Source: Candidatus Latescibacterota bacterium
GTDB lineage: Bacteria > Latescibacterota > UBA2968 > UBA8231
NCBI GenBank assembly: GCA_964291625.2
Contig: OZ220089.1
Coordinates: 2,912,001 to 2,976,000, forward strand
Direction: 5' to 3'
DNA length: 64,000 bases
Positions within the stretch are counted from its first letter, which is position 1, and every line of letters starts with the position of its first letter. The notes below the pieces were generated by a model. That model did no database searches. It was given only the letters and a program-made list of their open reading frames with translations, and was not told the origin of the DNA. Positions 1 to 14,015 of this stretch are shown in pieces. A program made the translations under genes and the position numbers.

Positions 1-1200
1 GAGACGTCCCACACCAGCATCATCGCCCGTTCTCTCGGTCTGCCCACCGTGGTCGGCACGGGGGAGGCTTCCTGGGCGGTGCGCGCCGGGGATCTGCTGG
101 TCGTCGACGGCGACGAGGGCACGGTGCACGTGCGTCCCGACGCGGCGACCCTGCGCCGTTTCCGGACCCGCCGCCGGCGGCAGCTGCGCCGCGAGCGGGA
201 GCTGAGCCGGCGGGCGGACCTGCCCACGGTGACCCGCGACGGCGAGGAGGTGGTGCTCCTGGCCAATCTCGACCTGCCCCAGGAGATCGACCTGGCGGTG
301 CGCAACGGCGCCCGGGGAGTGGGCATGCTCCGCACCGAGTTCCTGTATCTCGGATACGGGTTGCCGTCGGAGGCCGACCAGTTCGACTGCTATTCCAGGA
401 TCGTCAAGGCCATGGCGCCGCAGCCGGTGGTGGTCCGCACCATCGACCTCGGGGGGGACAAGCTCATCCACGCCGTCGACTCCCCGCCGGAGGCCAACCC
501 CTTTCTCGGCTGGCGGGGGATCCGCATCTGTCTCGACAACCCGGACCTGTTCAAGACCCAGCTGCGGGCCATCCTGAGGGCCGCCGTCCACGGCGAGACC
601 CGCATCCTCCTGCCCATGATCTCCGGCCTGGAGGAGATCCGGCAGGCCCGGGAGATGATCGCCGAGACCGCGGACGAGTTGACCCGCGCGGGCGTCGACC
701 ACAGGGCGGACTGCCGGGTGGGGGTGATGATCGAGGTGCCGTCGGCGGCGATCACCGCCGAGCAGCTGGCCGGGGAGGTCGACTTCTTCAGCCTGGGGAC
801 CAACGACCTGGTCCAGTACACCCTGGCCGTCGACCGCGGAACGGCGCGCGTGGCCGAGCTCTACCAGCCCTTGCATCCGGCGGTCCTTCGCCTGATCCGG
901 CAGGTCTCCGACGCCTCGCTGGCGGCCGGGATCCCGACCAGCATCTGCGGCGAGATGGTCGCTGATCCGGTGGCCGCCCTGCTGCTTCTGGGGCTCGGGG
1001 TGCGCCAGTTGAGCGTGAGTCCCCCCCAGATCCCGGAGGTCAGGGAGCTGCTGAGGGCCGCGGAGATCGGGCGGATGTCGGAGCTGGCCCGCCAGTGTCT
1101 GACCCTGACCTCGGCCCGGGAGGTTCGCGAACGGGTCGAGGCCGAGATGGCGGAGGTGCTGGCCGCCGCCCGTCCCCCCAGCGAGGAGGTGGAGGGATGA
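1..1200 (+). CDS. ptsI: Phosphoenolpyruvate-protein phosphotransferase (PTS enzyme I), 5' truncated by window
   Basis: Frame is open from base 1 ([15 protein letters not shown] = phospho-His motif); also [50 protein letters not shown]. Confidence 0.95.
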   Translation, partial: ETSHTSIIARSLGLPTVVGTGEASWAVRAGDLLVVDGDEGTVHVRPDAATLRRFRTRRRRQLRRERELSRRADLPTVTRDGEEVVLLANLDLPQEIDLAVRNGARGVGMLRTEFLYLGYGLPSEADQFDCYSRIVKAMAPQPVVVRTIDLGGDKLIHAVDSPPEANPFLGWRGIRICLDNPDLFKTQLRAILRAAVHGETRILLPMISGLEEIRQAREMIAETADELTRAGVDHRADCRVGVMIEVPSAAITAEQLAGEVDFFSLGTNDLVQYTLAVDRGTARVAELYQPLHPAVLRLIRQVSDASLAAGIPTSICGEMVADPVAALLLLGLGVRQLSVSPPQIPEVRELLRAAEIGRMSELARQCLTLTSAREVRERVEAEMAEVLAAARPPSEEVEG

Positions 1201-1234
1201 CCGTGCATCGACCCAAGACGAGGAGAGGGAGGAA

Positions 1235-2395
1235 GTGAGTCACCTGTTTACATCCGAATCGGTCTCCGAGGGACATCCCGACAAGGTGGCCGATCAGATC
1301 TCGGATGCCGTTCTCGACGCCATGCTCGCCGGAGATCCCCACTCCCGCGTCGCCTGCGAGACCCTGGTCACCACCGGGCTCGTGGTCGTGGCCGGGGAGA
1401 TCACTTCCGCATCGCAACCCGACATCCAGGCCACGGTCCGCCAGGTCGTGGAGGATGTGGGCTACACCGATCCCGCCTACGGCTTCGACTCCCGCTCCTG
1501 CGGCGTCGTCGTCGCCCTCGACAAGCAGTCCGCCGACATCTCCCAGGGAGTCACCGAGTCGGAAGGCCTGCACCCGGAGATGGGGGCCGGCGATCAGGGC
1601 ATGATGTTCGGCTTCGCCTGCCGCGAGACCCCGGAGCTGATGCCCCTGCCCATCACCCTTTCCCACCGCATCCTGCAGCATCACGCCCGCCTTCGGAGAG
1701 AGGGAGCCGTCGGCTACCTGCGGCCCGACGCCAAGTCGCAGGTCACCGTGGAGTACGAAGGCCTCGAGCCGAGACGGATCGCCGCCGTCGTCCTGTCGAC
1801 GCAGCACGACCCGGACGTTGAGCACTCCCGCATCCGGAGCGACATGATCGCCGAGATCCGGAAGGTCCTCCCCGACCACCTCCTCGGCCCGGACACGGTC
1901 TATCACATCAATCCCACGGGCCGCTTCGTCGTCGGCGGCCCTCATGGCGACTGCGGCCTCACGGGGCGCAAGATCATCGTCGACACCTACGGCGGCGCCT
2001 GCCCCCACGGGGGCGGCGCGTTCTCCGGCAAGGACCCGACGAAGGTCGACCGAAGCGCCCACTACATGGCCCGCTACGTGGCCAAGAACCTGGTCGCCGC
2101 CGGGCTGGCCGGCCGCTGCCAGATCCAGCTGGCCTACGCCATCGGCGTCGCCCGTCCGGTGTCGATCCTGGTGAACACCTTCGGCACGGGCGAGGTGCTG
2201 AAGGACGGCGAGATGGAGGGGCTGATCCCCGAGGTCTTCGACCTGACGCCGCGGGGGATCATCGACCACCTGCGGCTGCGCCGCCCCATCTTCCGCAAGA
2301 CCGCGAACTACGGGCACTTCGGACGCGGCGACGACGACTTCACCTGGGAGAGGACCGACAAGGTTCCGGCCCTCAAGCAGGCCGCCGGGATCTGA
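1235..2395 (+). CDS. metK: S-adenosylmethionine synthetase
   Basis: [28 protein letters not shown] signatures; GTG start with AGGAGAGGGAGG upstream. Confidence 0.98.
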   Translation: MSHLFTSESVSEGHPDKVADQISDAVLDAMLAGDPHSRVACETLVTTGLVVVAGEITSASQPDIQATVRQVVEDVGYTDPAYGFDSRSCGVVVALDKQSADISQGVTESEGLHPEMGAGDQGMMFGFACRETPELMPLPITLSHRILQHHARLRREGAVGYLRPDAKSQVTVEYEGLEPRRIAAVVLSTQHDPDVEHSRIRSDMIAEIRKVLPDHLLGPDTVYHINPTGRFVVGGPHGDCGLTGRKIIVDTYGGACPHGGGAFSGKDPTKVDRSAHYMARYVAKNLVAAGLAGRCQIQLAYAIGVARPVSILVNTFGTGEVLKDGEMEGLIPEVFDLTPRGIIDHLRLRRPIFRKTANYGHFGRGDDDFTWERTDKVPALKQAAGI

Positions 2396-2411
2396 GCCGC
2401 GGCTTCGGGCG

Positions 2412-4547
2412 ATGACCAGGGGCCGGGAGAGGGCATCCCCGCACATCCCCAGGGGGGCCGCCTGCGCCCGGCCTGGTCGCGCCGCGGCGGCCGCCGCTCT
2501 CGCGGCGCTCATCGCCGCCGGCTGCGCCGTGGAGAAGCCCCAGGTTCCCAGGTCGTCGATCGTCCTCCGCGTTCCGGTGGCCAACGACACGACGGCCCTC
2601 TCCGAGATCGTCGCCGAGGAGACGGACTATCTCGCCCTCCGCGACGACGGCAGCATCGCCCTGCGCTACGATCGCGAGTTCAGCGACCTCGAGGGCCGCT
2701 CCGAGGTCGGCGGCCGCCTCGCCGTCACCCCCGATCCCGCCCGCTTCGCCGCTCCCCTCGGGGAGATCGCCGTCGCCGGCCGGGAGATCGTCCTGCCCCC
2801 GATCACCGCCGGGGAGTTCCTGCCCGCGGAGCTCCTCGGGCAGGAGATCCGGGTCCCCGAGGAGACCTCGCTCTCCGGCCTCGAGCTGGAGCTGCCCCTG
2901 CCGGGGGTCGAGTCCCTCGAGGTGGCCTCGGGGAGCCTGACCCTGACCATCGCCAACGGCCTGCCCCTGGCTTTCGTCGATCTGGAGCTGGCCCTGCTCG
3001 ACCGGGGCCGCACGGTGCAGACGGCAGAAGTGCGCCGCATCGACGCCGGGGGCACCGGGGCCGCGGTCTTCGACCTCGCCGACCGGCGGATCTCGGGGAA
3101 CCTGATCCTTCTCCTGGAGAGCGCCCGGCTGGAGGCGCCGGAGGAGACCGTCACCCTGCGCGCGGAGGACGCCCTCGGCATCACCTTCGGCCTGAGCCGC
3201 CTGGGGGTGCGCGAGGCCACCGCCCCCATCGAGCCCCAGGTGGTGGCACCCGCCGAGCCCGCCGCGCTCCCCCTCCCGGGGGACCGCCTGCGGCTGACGC
3301 GGGCCCTGATCGAGAGTGGCCGCCTGAGCCTGGTGGTGACCAACGAGCTGCCGGTGGCGATGGACGTGACCCTGGCGCTGCCCGAGGTGGCCGACGAGGC
3401 GACCGGGGTCTCGCCGGCCGGGGTCATCGACGGGCTTGGCGCGGGAGTTTCCCGGGAGGTCGTGATCCCCCTCGACGGCCACCTCTTCCGGCCGGAGGAT
3501 CCCCTGGAGATGCGCGTCGCGTACACGGGCCGCACGCACCGGTCGGAGGCGGCGGTGACCCTGCGCTCGGAAGCGGCGCTGACCGTCGAGGCGGTCCTGG
3601 GAGAGCTGACCTTCCGCGAGGTCAGCGGCCGGTTCGATCGCCTTCAACTGCCCGCGATCGAGCCGCGGACGCGGTACATCGACCTGCCCGCGGGAGCCGA
3701 CACGATCAACGCCGTGGCCTTCGACTCGGCGGGCATGAGGGTGACCTACACCAGCGCCGTGGGCGTGCCCGGGCGCCTGGCCCTCCGCGTCGTCGGGACC
3801 GACTCGGCGATTCCGGACTCGGCAGGGCTCGAGCGGACCTTGCAGCTGCACATCGACACCGAGGCGGGCTCACCGGCCGACCCGGTGACGCGCTCGATCG
3901 ATGTCGCACCCGGCCGGCTCACCCCCTTCCTCGACTTCCTGCCCACCCGGATCACCGTGCACACGGACTCCATCCTCATCGGCGCGGGGTTCGAGGGGGA
4001 CACCTCCCGGGTCGCCGCCGATCACTGGATCCGCCTCGACAGGGTGGCCTTCGAGGCCCCCGCCCGCCTGCTGGCCGACACCTCCTGGTTCGAGAGCAGC
4101 CCGCGCTCCCAGGGGGCTTTCACCGACGCCGAGGCCCGGCGGCGGATCAACGCCAACATCGAGGGGGCCCTGGTGACCACGACGGTCCTGAACAAGACCC
4201 CCCTGGCCATCGGCGTGCGCCTGTTCACCGCCTACGACCCCGGCCTCGTGTTCTCCGATCCGATCCTCACTCTTCCCAAGGAGGACGGGCAGTACTTCGG
4301 CGTCGACCCGGACGCGCCCGGCATCCGCCAGGTCTCCCTGAGCGCCGACGACCTGCGCCTGCTCCTGGACATCGATCCCGCCGACCCGGGACCCGCCGAC
4401 CCCGACAGCCGGGTGCGGACCCTGTACAGCGGGGTCAAGGTGCGCCTGGCGTCGCCCACATGGGACACGATCCATGGCGACGACATCGTCGTCGTCCAGG
4501 CGCAGGCCGAGATCTTCATCGAGCTCAACGAGTCCCTCGTCGAATGA
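2412..4547 (+). CDS. Hypothetical lipoprotein with repeated beta-rich domains
   Basis: Lipobox-like LAALIAAG-C; internal repeats SGSLTLTIANGLPL / SGRLSLVVTNELPV / TTVLNKTPL; stop overlaps next start (ATGA). Start position uncertain. Confidence 0.7.
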   Translation: MTRGRERASPHIPRGAACARPGRAAAAAALAALIAAGCAVEKPQVPRSSIVLRVPVANDTTALSEIVAEETDYLALRDDGSIALRYDREFSDLEGRSEVGGRLAVTPDPARFAAPLGEIAVAGREIVLPPITAGEFLPAELLGQEIRVPEETSLSGLELELPLPGVESLEVASGSLTLTIANGLPLAFVDLELALLDRGRTVQTAEVRRIDAGGTGAAVFDLADRRISGNLILLLESARLEAPEETVTLRAEDALGITFGLSRLGVREATAPIEPQVVAPAEPAALPLPGDRLRLTRALIESGRLSLVVTNELPVAMDVTLALPEVADEATGVSPAGVIDGLGAGVSREVVIPLDGHLFRPEDPLEMRVAYTGRTHRSEAAVTLRSEAALTVEAVLGELTFREVSGRFDRLQLPAIEPRTRYIDLPAGADTINAVAFDSAGMRVTYTSAVGVPGRLALRVVGTDSAIPDSAGLERTLQLHIDTEAGSPADPVTRSIDVAPGRLTPFLDFLPTRITVHTDSILIGAGFEGDTSRVAADHWIRLDRVAFEAPARLLADTSWFESSPRSQGAFTDAEARRRINANIEGALVTTTVLNKTPLAIGVRLFTAYDPGLVFSDPILTLPKEDGQYFGVDPDAPGIRQVSLSADDLRLLLDIDPADPGPADPDSRVRTLYSGVKVRLASPTWDTIHGDDIVVVQAQAEIFIELNESLVE

Positions 4548-5929
4548 CCGCTTCCGCCGCCGCCCGCCTCCTCCTCCTCGCCCTCTCCGCGTTTGCCACG
4601 GGAGCCTTCGGCGTCGTCGGGGACAGCTCTCCCCGGGCCCTCGCTCTCGGGCGTTCGTACACGGCCCTGGCCCGGGGTCCCGAGGCCGCCTTCTGGAACC
4701 CCGCCAACCTTGGCCTGAGGACCAGTCCGCGCTTGAAGTGGGAGATCCTGGGGGCCGGCCTTGGCCTGGTGGCCGAGAACAACGCCTTCTCGGTGAAGGC
4801 CTACAACGATCACTTCACCGACGATCAGCACGTCCTCACCGACCGCGACAAGCAGGACCTGCTCGGCGAGATCCCGGGGAGCGGCCTCGGGTTCAACCTC
4901 GACCTCATGCCTTCGGTCATCGCCGGCCTTCCCCTCAACGGCGGCGCCGCCTTTGCCATGCCCTGGGGGATCCATGCCGCCGTCACCACCGGCCTGGCCG
5001 TGGGCGTCGAGGGCGAGCTGCCGAAGGACATCTTCCACTTGATGTTCTACGGCAACGAGTTCGACCGCCCCTACGACATCTCCGACTGGGACGGTTCCGG
5101 CTGGGGCGTGGCGAGCCTCAACTGGTCGGGCGCCCGGCCGTGGCTGCCGCCGGAGCTGGAGCCCTACCTGGGGGAGTTCTCCCTCGGCCTGACCCTCAAG
5201 CTTCTCGGCGGCGCCTACGGCGAGGTGGTGGAGACCAGCGGCGTCCTCGAGGTCCTTCCCGTGGGGGCGGAGCTGGACGACCTGCAGGGCCTGGCCCAGT
5301 ACGCCGGCGGCCTCGGGTTCGGCATCGACCTCGGCGTCGCCGGAGTGACCCGGGACCACCGCACGACCTTCGGCCTCGGCGTGCTGAACCTGCTCGACAC
5401 CATGACCTGGGGCATCGCGGCGCACCAGGACTCCTTCTACGCCGCCGCCAGCGGCCTCCGGGTGACCCGGCTCCTCGACGTGGAGAACATCTGGGACATC
5501 GTCGACAAGGCCGACCTCAACGGGGACGGCGTGGAGGAACACCTGGAGAGGGTCGGCGAGCGGAGCTTCTCGCGGTCCCTGCCGGCCCTGGTGCGCGTCG
5601 GCGTGGCCCGCCGACAGACCTCGCAGCTGACCCTGCTCGGCAACTACGATCAGGCCCTGAGCGAAGGGTTCGGGCTGACGACGGCGCCCAGGATCTCCCT
5701 GGGTGCGGAATACCGGCTGGTATCCTGGTTCCCGGCGCGCTCGGGCATCTCCCTCGGGGGCCGCGGCTCCAGCACCGGCGTCGGCTTCGCTTTCGGACCC
5801 TTCACCATCGGCGGCATGGAGCTGGAGCTCTTCGACTTCGCCTACGCAACCCGGGGGGGGCTGGTGCCCGGCTCCTCCAAAGGCTCGGCCCTGTCCCTCG
5901 GGTTCTTTCGGTTCAGCCTCGTCAACTGA
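4544..5929 (+). CDS. Putative outer-membrane beta-barrel protein (DUF5723/PorV/FadL-like N-terminus)
   Basis: ATG at 4544 overlaps upstream stop; signal peptide followed by SPRALALGRSYTALARGPEAAFWNPANL; amphipathic Gly/aromatic-rich strands. Confidence 0.7.
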   Translation: MTASAAARLLLLALSAFATGAFGVVGDSSPRALALGRSYTALARGPEAAFWNPANLGLRTSPRLKWEILGAGLGLVAENNAFSVKAYNDHFTDDQHVLTDRDKQDLLGEIPGSGLGFNLDLMPSVIAGLPLNGGAAFAMPWGIHAAVTTGLAVGVEGELPKDIFHLMFYGNEFDRPYDISDWDGSGWGVASLNWSGARPWLPPELEPYLGEFSLGLTLKLLGGAYGEVVETSGVLEVLPVGAELDDLQGLAQYAGGLGFGIDLGVAGVTRDHRTTFGLGVLNLLDTMTWGIAAHQDSFYAAASGLRVTRLLDVENIWDIVDKADLNGDGVEEHLERVGERSFSRSLPALVRVGVARRQTSQLTLLGNYDQALSEGFGLTTAPRISLGAEYRLVSWFPARSGISLGGRGSSTGVGFAFGPFTIGGMELELFDFAYATRGGLVPGSSKGSALSLGFFRFSLVN

Positions 5930-6004
5930 AGTCGCCGGCGCGTTGCCGGCCCACGGCGCGCGCCGCTACCTTTCCGGGCCCTGCGGCAGGAGGAGAGTCT
6001 ACCT

Positions 6005-6841
6005 ATGAGCAAGCAGAAGCAGGACAACGCCCACGGCGCGGACGGGGACATCTACAGGAAGGACGGCCGCCTGAAGGGCGGGTTCTACGAGAGCGAGCTG
6101 CAGCGGCTGCAGAACGAGCTCGTCAACCTCCAGTACTGGATCAAGGACCGCGACCTGCGGGTGGTCCTCGTCTTCGAGGGCCGCGGAGGGGCCGGCAAGG
6201 GCGGGGCGATCCAGCGCATCATCGAGCCCCTCAACCCCCGGGGCTGCCGCGTCGTGGCCCTGGCCAAGCCCTCGGACCGCGAACGCTCGCAGTGGTACTT
6301 CCAGCGCTATGTCTCCCACCTGCCGTCGGCAGGTGAGATGGTGATCTTCGACCGCAGCTGGTACAACCGCTCCGGTGTGGAGAAGGTAATGGAGTTCTGC
6401 ACCGACAGGCAGTACCGCGAGTTCCTGCGCTCCTGCCCCGAGTTCGAGCGCATGCTGGTGCGCGACGGCATCATCCTTCTCAAGTACTGGTTTTCCGTCG
6501 GCGCCGAGGAGCAGGAAAAGCGCTTCCAGGCGCGCGCCGCGCAGGCCAGGAAACGCTGGAAGCTGAGCGCCATCGACCTGGCCGAGCGCGACCGCTGGGT
6601 CGACTTCTCCCGGGCCAAGGACGAGACCTTCTTCTACACCGACATCGAGGAGGCGCCGTGGAGGGTGGTCCTCTCGGACGACAAGAAGAAGGCGCGGCTG
6701 AACTGCATTCGCGACATCCTCAAGGCCATCCCTCACGAGGACATCACGCCCCCCGAGGTGGCCCTGCCGCCGCGCGCCGAAGGCGAGCCGTACCAGCGTC
6801 CGCCGCGCGAGGAGCAGCACTTCGTCCCCGAAGTCTACTGA
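6005..6841 (+). CDS. ppk2: Polyphosphate kinase 2
   Basis: VVLVFEGRGGAGKGG, QWYFQRY, IFDRSWYNR, KYWF, RWKLS, DKKKARLNCI; RBS AGGAGGAG. Confidence 0.93.
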   Translation: MSKQKQDNAHGADGDIYRKDGRLKGGFYESELQRLQNELVNLQYWIKDRDLRVVLVFEGRGGAGKGGAIQRIIEPLNPRGCRVVALAKPSDRERSQWYFQRYVSHLPSAGEMVIFDRSWYNRSGVEKVMEFCTDRQYREFLRSCPEFERMLVRDGIILLKYWFSVGAEEQEKRFQARAAQARKRWKLSAIDLAERDRWVDFSRAKDETFFYTDIEEAPWRVVLSDDKKKARLNCIRDILKAIPHEDITPPEVALPPRAEGEPYQRPPREEQHFVPEVY

Positions 6842-6906
6842 ACCGCGGCCCCCGGGGCCGCCGGAAGCCCCCTGAGACGCCAGGACTTCCGGTCACCCAC
6901 CCCGGG

Positions 6907-6961
6907 TGCCTGATCGGCATGGCCAGAGCCTCTCTTCCTGGTCGGATCTGCCGATCAGGCA
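6907..6961. repeat. Perfect 13-bp inverted repeat between ppk2 and clpB
   Basis: TGCCTGATCGGCA (6907-6919) and TGCCGATCAGGCA (6949-6961), 29-nt spacer. Confidence 0.85.
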
Positions 6962-6973
6962 GGATAGCGCCTT

Positions 6974-6989
6974 GGGTACGGCTTTTGCA
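6974..6989 (+). promoter_or_regulatory. Putative sigma54 (-24/-12) promoter of clpB
   Basis: GGGTACGGCTTTTGCA versus consensus TGGCACGNNNNTTGCA with exact GG-N10-GC spacing; predicted transcription start near 7000, just before RBS AGGAG and ATG at 7014. Confidence 0.6.
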
Positions 6990-7013
6990 CCATCGCCGCT
7001 GTCACCAGGAGCG

Positions 7014-9647
<2,634 letters not shown>

Positions 9648-9721
9648 GAGCCGGCGGGAACCGCGGCCGGGTGCCTTCGTCCTAGTAACTTCGAACCCTT
9701 GAGAGAAGAGGTGACAGCACG

Positions 9722-11152
<1,431 letters not shown>

Positions 11153-11212
11153 GTCCAACCCTCCTGCGGACGGCCCCTTGACGGCGCCGACGGCAATCCC
11201 GTTCTACCGTCC

Positions 11213-13327
11213 GTGAGCCATCGACCCATCCGACGCGGCGGCGGCAGCGGCGCGCTCCTGCTGCGCCGCCGCCTGGCCCTCGAGGGGCCTTGCCGCGGCG
11301 GCCGGCTGCGAATCGCCGCCAACGCCCCCGTGCAGCTCTACGTGGACGGCCTGCGGGTCGGGGGCGCCCCCGGCGGCGCCCTCGCCGAGCGCCCCCTGTG
11401 GCAGCCCCTGGTCCTGGGAGGCGTGCTGGAGGCCGGCACCCACGAGATGCTCGCCGTCGTCGGGTCACCCCCCGACGGCCAGGCTCCGTGGTTCGCCTGC
11501 CGTGGCCGTCTCAAGGGGGTGGCCAGTGGTCCCGCTCAACCCGTCGAATCCGACCTCCGCTGGCAGGCCTTCCCGCTGGCCGGCGGCGAGGGCTTCTCGG
11601 CCCTCGATGATCCCCCGGCGGAGGAGGACTGGGAGGGCGTCGAGACCGCCCCGGGAATCGAGGTGCAGGGCGAGGCACCGCGGGCCGACGAGCGGCTGAC
11701 GGCCGCCCGGGGCTTCGCGGTCTTCGAGGAGACCCTGTCCGGCGGCGGCCTCTCCTTCACGCCGGCCTCCGTGGGGCCGGGGGGCTGCAAGTGCGTCCAT
11801 CGCGACCAGCTGCTGGCCCTGACGGGGCGGACCTCGGTGCTCACCGGCAACCATCGGGCCGTCGCCTTCGTCCTCGACTTCGGGCGGATCGTCACCGGCT
11901 ATCCGTGTCTGCGTCTGCGCGAGGGGCGAGGCGGTGTCGTCGAGATCGGCGCCGCAGCCGCCTGGGGGCGTATCGACCACGGGCTGCGCTACGTCTGCGC
12001 CTCCGGCCGGCAGGAGTGGTACGGGCTGACGCCGGTGCGTTGCCGCTACCTGGTGGTGCGCCTGAGCGGATTCACGGAGGAGGTCGAGGTCGAGCGCCTG
12101 GCCCTGAGCGAGCGCTTCGTCGCCGCCGAGGGAGAGGCCGCCCTGGCCGTCGCCCCCGGCCATGACCTGGCTTGGGAGACGGGCCCCCCCTCCCTTCAGG
12201 GCAGCCGCCTCGACGCCTACGTCACCGATCCGCCGCCGGCGGCGTGCGACTGGTGGGGGACCCGCGCCCTGCTGTTGGCCGACGCCGTGCGCACCGGCCA
12301 CCTCGCCGCCGGCCGCGCCACCCTCCTGGGGCGGGCCCCGGACCCCCTCCGCCCCCTGGCCGGGGACCGCCCCTTCCCGGTCTGTCTCGAGGCCTACCAC
12401 GACTACTCGGGCGACGCCGACACCCTGGGACGGCTGCTTCCCACCGCTGTCGAGACCGCCCTTCGCGGGCCCGATGCCGATGCCGGCGCCGCGTCCCTGG
12501 CCGCGGCGGCGGCCGCCGCCGGCGCCGCGGAGCGGCTCTGCCGGCGGGCCGGGGAGGATGCCGACGCCGGGCGCTGCCGAGAGGCGGCCGACTCGGCCCG
12601 GGCCGGCCTGGAGAGGCTGTGGCGGCCCGAGCAGGGTCTCTACGCCGAGGGCCCCGGGGGCGGCTTCAGCCAGCGCGCCAACGCGCTGGTCCTGGCCGCC
12701 GACGCCGCCCCCGGGGACCGGTCGGCGCACATGGCCGCGGCCCTGCGAGACCCCGGGGTGGCTCCGGTGGCGGGACTGACCGAGGCGGTGCTGCTGGCCG
12801 AGGGGCTCTGGCGCTCGGGGCACGGGGCGCGCGCCCTGGAGGTGATCGACACCTGGTGGCTGCGGATCGTGGGCCGCGAAGGCTCCACCTGGCGCGACAA
12901 GCGGGGACCGGAGGCGGACGTGGCGGCCCCAGGCCCCGACTACCTTCTCGGCAGGTTCCTCCTCGGCATCTCGCCGACGGAGCCGGGCTTCGCGCGCCGC
13001 CGGGTGGAGCCCGCCCTGTCCCTGGCCGACGGCGCCCGGGGCCGGCTGCCCACGGCGGCGGGGGACCTCGCTGTCGAGTGGCGTACCGGCGAAGTGGAAG
13101 GCGTGCGGCGAACGACGGTTCGACTCCAGGCGTGCGGCGCCGGCCAGACGGAGCTGGTTCTCGAGCGGGGCGGCCGTCCACGACCGACGCTGAGCGTCGA
13201 CGGCGAGGTGGTCTGGCGCAACGAGAAGCTCTACCCCAACGCGAGCGTCCGCGAGACCGCTGCCGGTCCGCAGGCGGTGACCCTCCTCTTTCCGGGAGCG
13301 GGCGCCTGGGAGGTGATCCTCGAATGA
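11213..13327 (+). CDS. Alpha-L-rhamnosidase (GH78)-like protein, apparently degenerate
   Basis: LDFGRIVTGY, FSQRANALVL, LLGISPTEPGF..RRVEP, ARGRLPTAAGDLAVEW recall GH78 architecture; catalytic motifs altered. Confidence 0.55.
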   Translation: MSHRPIRRGGGSGALLLRRRLALEGPCRGGRLRIAANAPVQLYVDGLRVGGAPGGALAERPLWQPLVLGGVLEAGTHEMLAVVGSPPDGQAPWFACRGRLKGVASGPAQPVESDLRWQAFPLAGGEGFSALDDPPAEEDWEGVETAPGIEVQGEAPRADERLTAARGFAVFEETLSGGGLSFTPASVGPGGCKCVHRDQLLALTGRTSVLTGNHRAVAFVLDFGRIVTGYPCLRLREGRGGVVEIGAAAAWGRIDHGLRYVCASGRQEWYGLTPVRCRYLVVRLSGFTEEVEVERLALSERFVAAEGEAALAVAPGHDLAWETGPPSLQGSRLDAYVTDPPPAACDWWGTRALLLADAVRTGHLAAGRATLLGRAPDPLRPLAGDRPFPVCLEAYHDYSGDADTLGRLLPTAVETALRGPDADAGAASLAAAAAAAGAAERLCRRAGEDADAGRCREAADSARAGLERLWRPEQGLYAEGPGGGFSQRANALVLAADAAPGDRSAHMAAALRDPGVAPVAGLTEAVLLAEGLWRSGHGARALEVIDTWWLRIVGREGSTWRDKRGPEADVAAPGPDYLLGRFLLGISPTEPGFARRRVEPALSLADGARGRLPTAAGDLAVEWRTGEVEGVRRTTVRLQACGAGQTELVLERGGRPRPTLSVDGEVVWRNEKLYPNASVRETAAGPQAVTLLFPGAGAWEVILE

Positions 13328-14004
13328 GCGAACCGGCCCCCCTGCACACGGCGGTGCGTGAACCGAGGATCGCGGGCCCCGGGCCGCCCCCGCTGCTGGT
13401 GATGCTCCACGGGTACGGCAGCGACGAGGCCGACCTGCTCGGTCTGGCGGACTTCCTCGATCCGCGGCTGCGGGTGCTCAGCTTTCGGGCGCCGATCCCC
13501 CTGGACATGGGCGGATACGCCTGGTTTCCCCTGGAGATCGCGGGGGAGGGTCTGGCCGGTGACTACGACCAGGCGGAGCGCACCCTGGCGCAGCTGGCGG
13601 GGCACCTCGACGCGGTCCTGCACGAGCACGGCCACGGCGGCGGGGAGACCCTCGTCCTCGGCTTCAGCCAGGGCGGGGCCATGGCCCTCGAGCTGCTGCT
13701 GGCGCGACCGCGGGCGGTCACGGGGGTGGCCTTTCTCAGCGGCCTCTGGGCGAAGCAGCGCATGCCGGCGGATCCGGGCGTGAGGGCCGCGGTGAAGGGC
13801 AAGCCCGTGCTGCAGACCCATGGCATCGGCGATCCGCTGATCCCCCTCGCCGATGCGCGGGCGACACGGGGCCTGCTCGAGGAGCTGGAGGTCGACCTCA
13901 CCTGGCGCGAGTACGCCATGGGCCACCAGATCGACGAGGACTGCCTGCGGGACCTGATCGACTGGATCGGAGCGCGCCTGGAGGTCTCGGCCTCCGGAGG
14001 CTGA
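13324..14004 (+). CDS. Phospholipase/carboxylesterase (alpha/beta hydrolase)
   Basis: ATG 13324 overlaps upstream TGA; LHGYGS, GFSQGG nucleophile, HG..DP, MGHQI. Confidence 0.9.
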   Translation: MSEPAPLHTAVREPRIAGPGPPPLLVMLHGYGSDEADLLGLADFLDPRLRVLSFRAPIPLDMGGYAWFPLEIAGEGLAGDYDQAERTLAQLAGHLDAVLHEHGHGGGETLVLGFSQGGAMALELLLARPRAVTGVAFLSGLWAKQRMPADPGVRAAVKGKPVLQTHGIGDPLIPLADARATRGLLEELEVDLTWREYAMGHQIDEDCLRDLIDWIGARLEVSASGG

Positions 14005-14015
14005 CCCCGGGCCGC

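Noticed and set aside
11178-11210. TTGACG...TACCGT promoter before the GH78-like gene
   Set aside because: The 21-nt spacer is too long for a sigma70 promoter.
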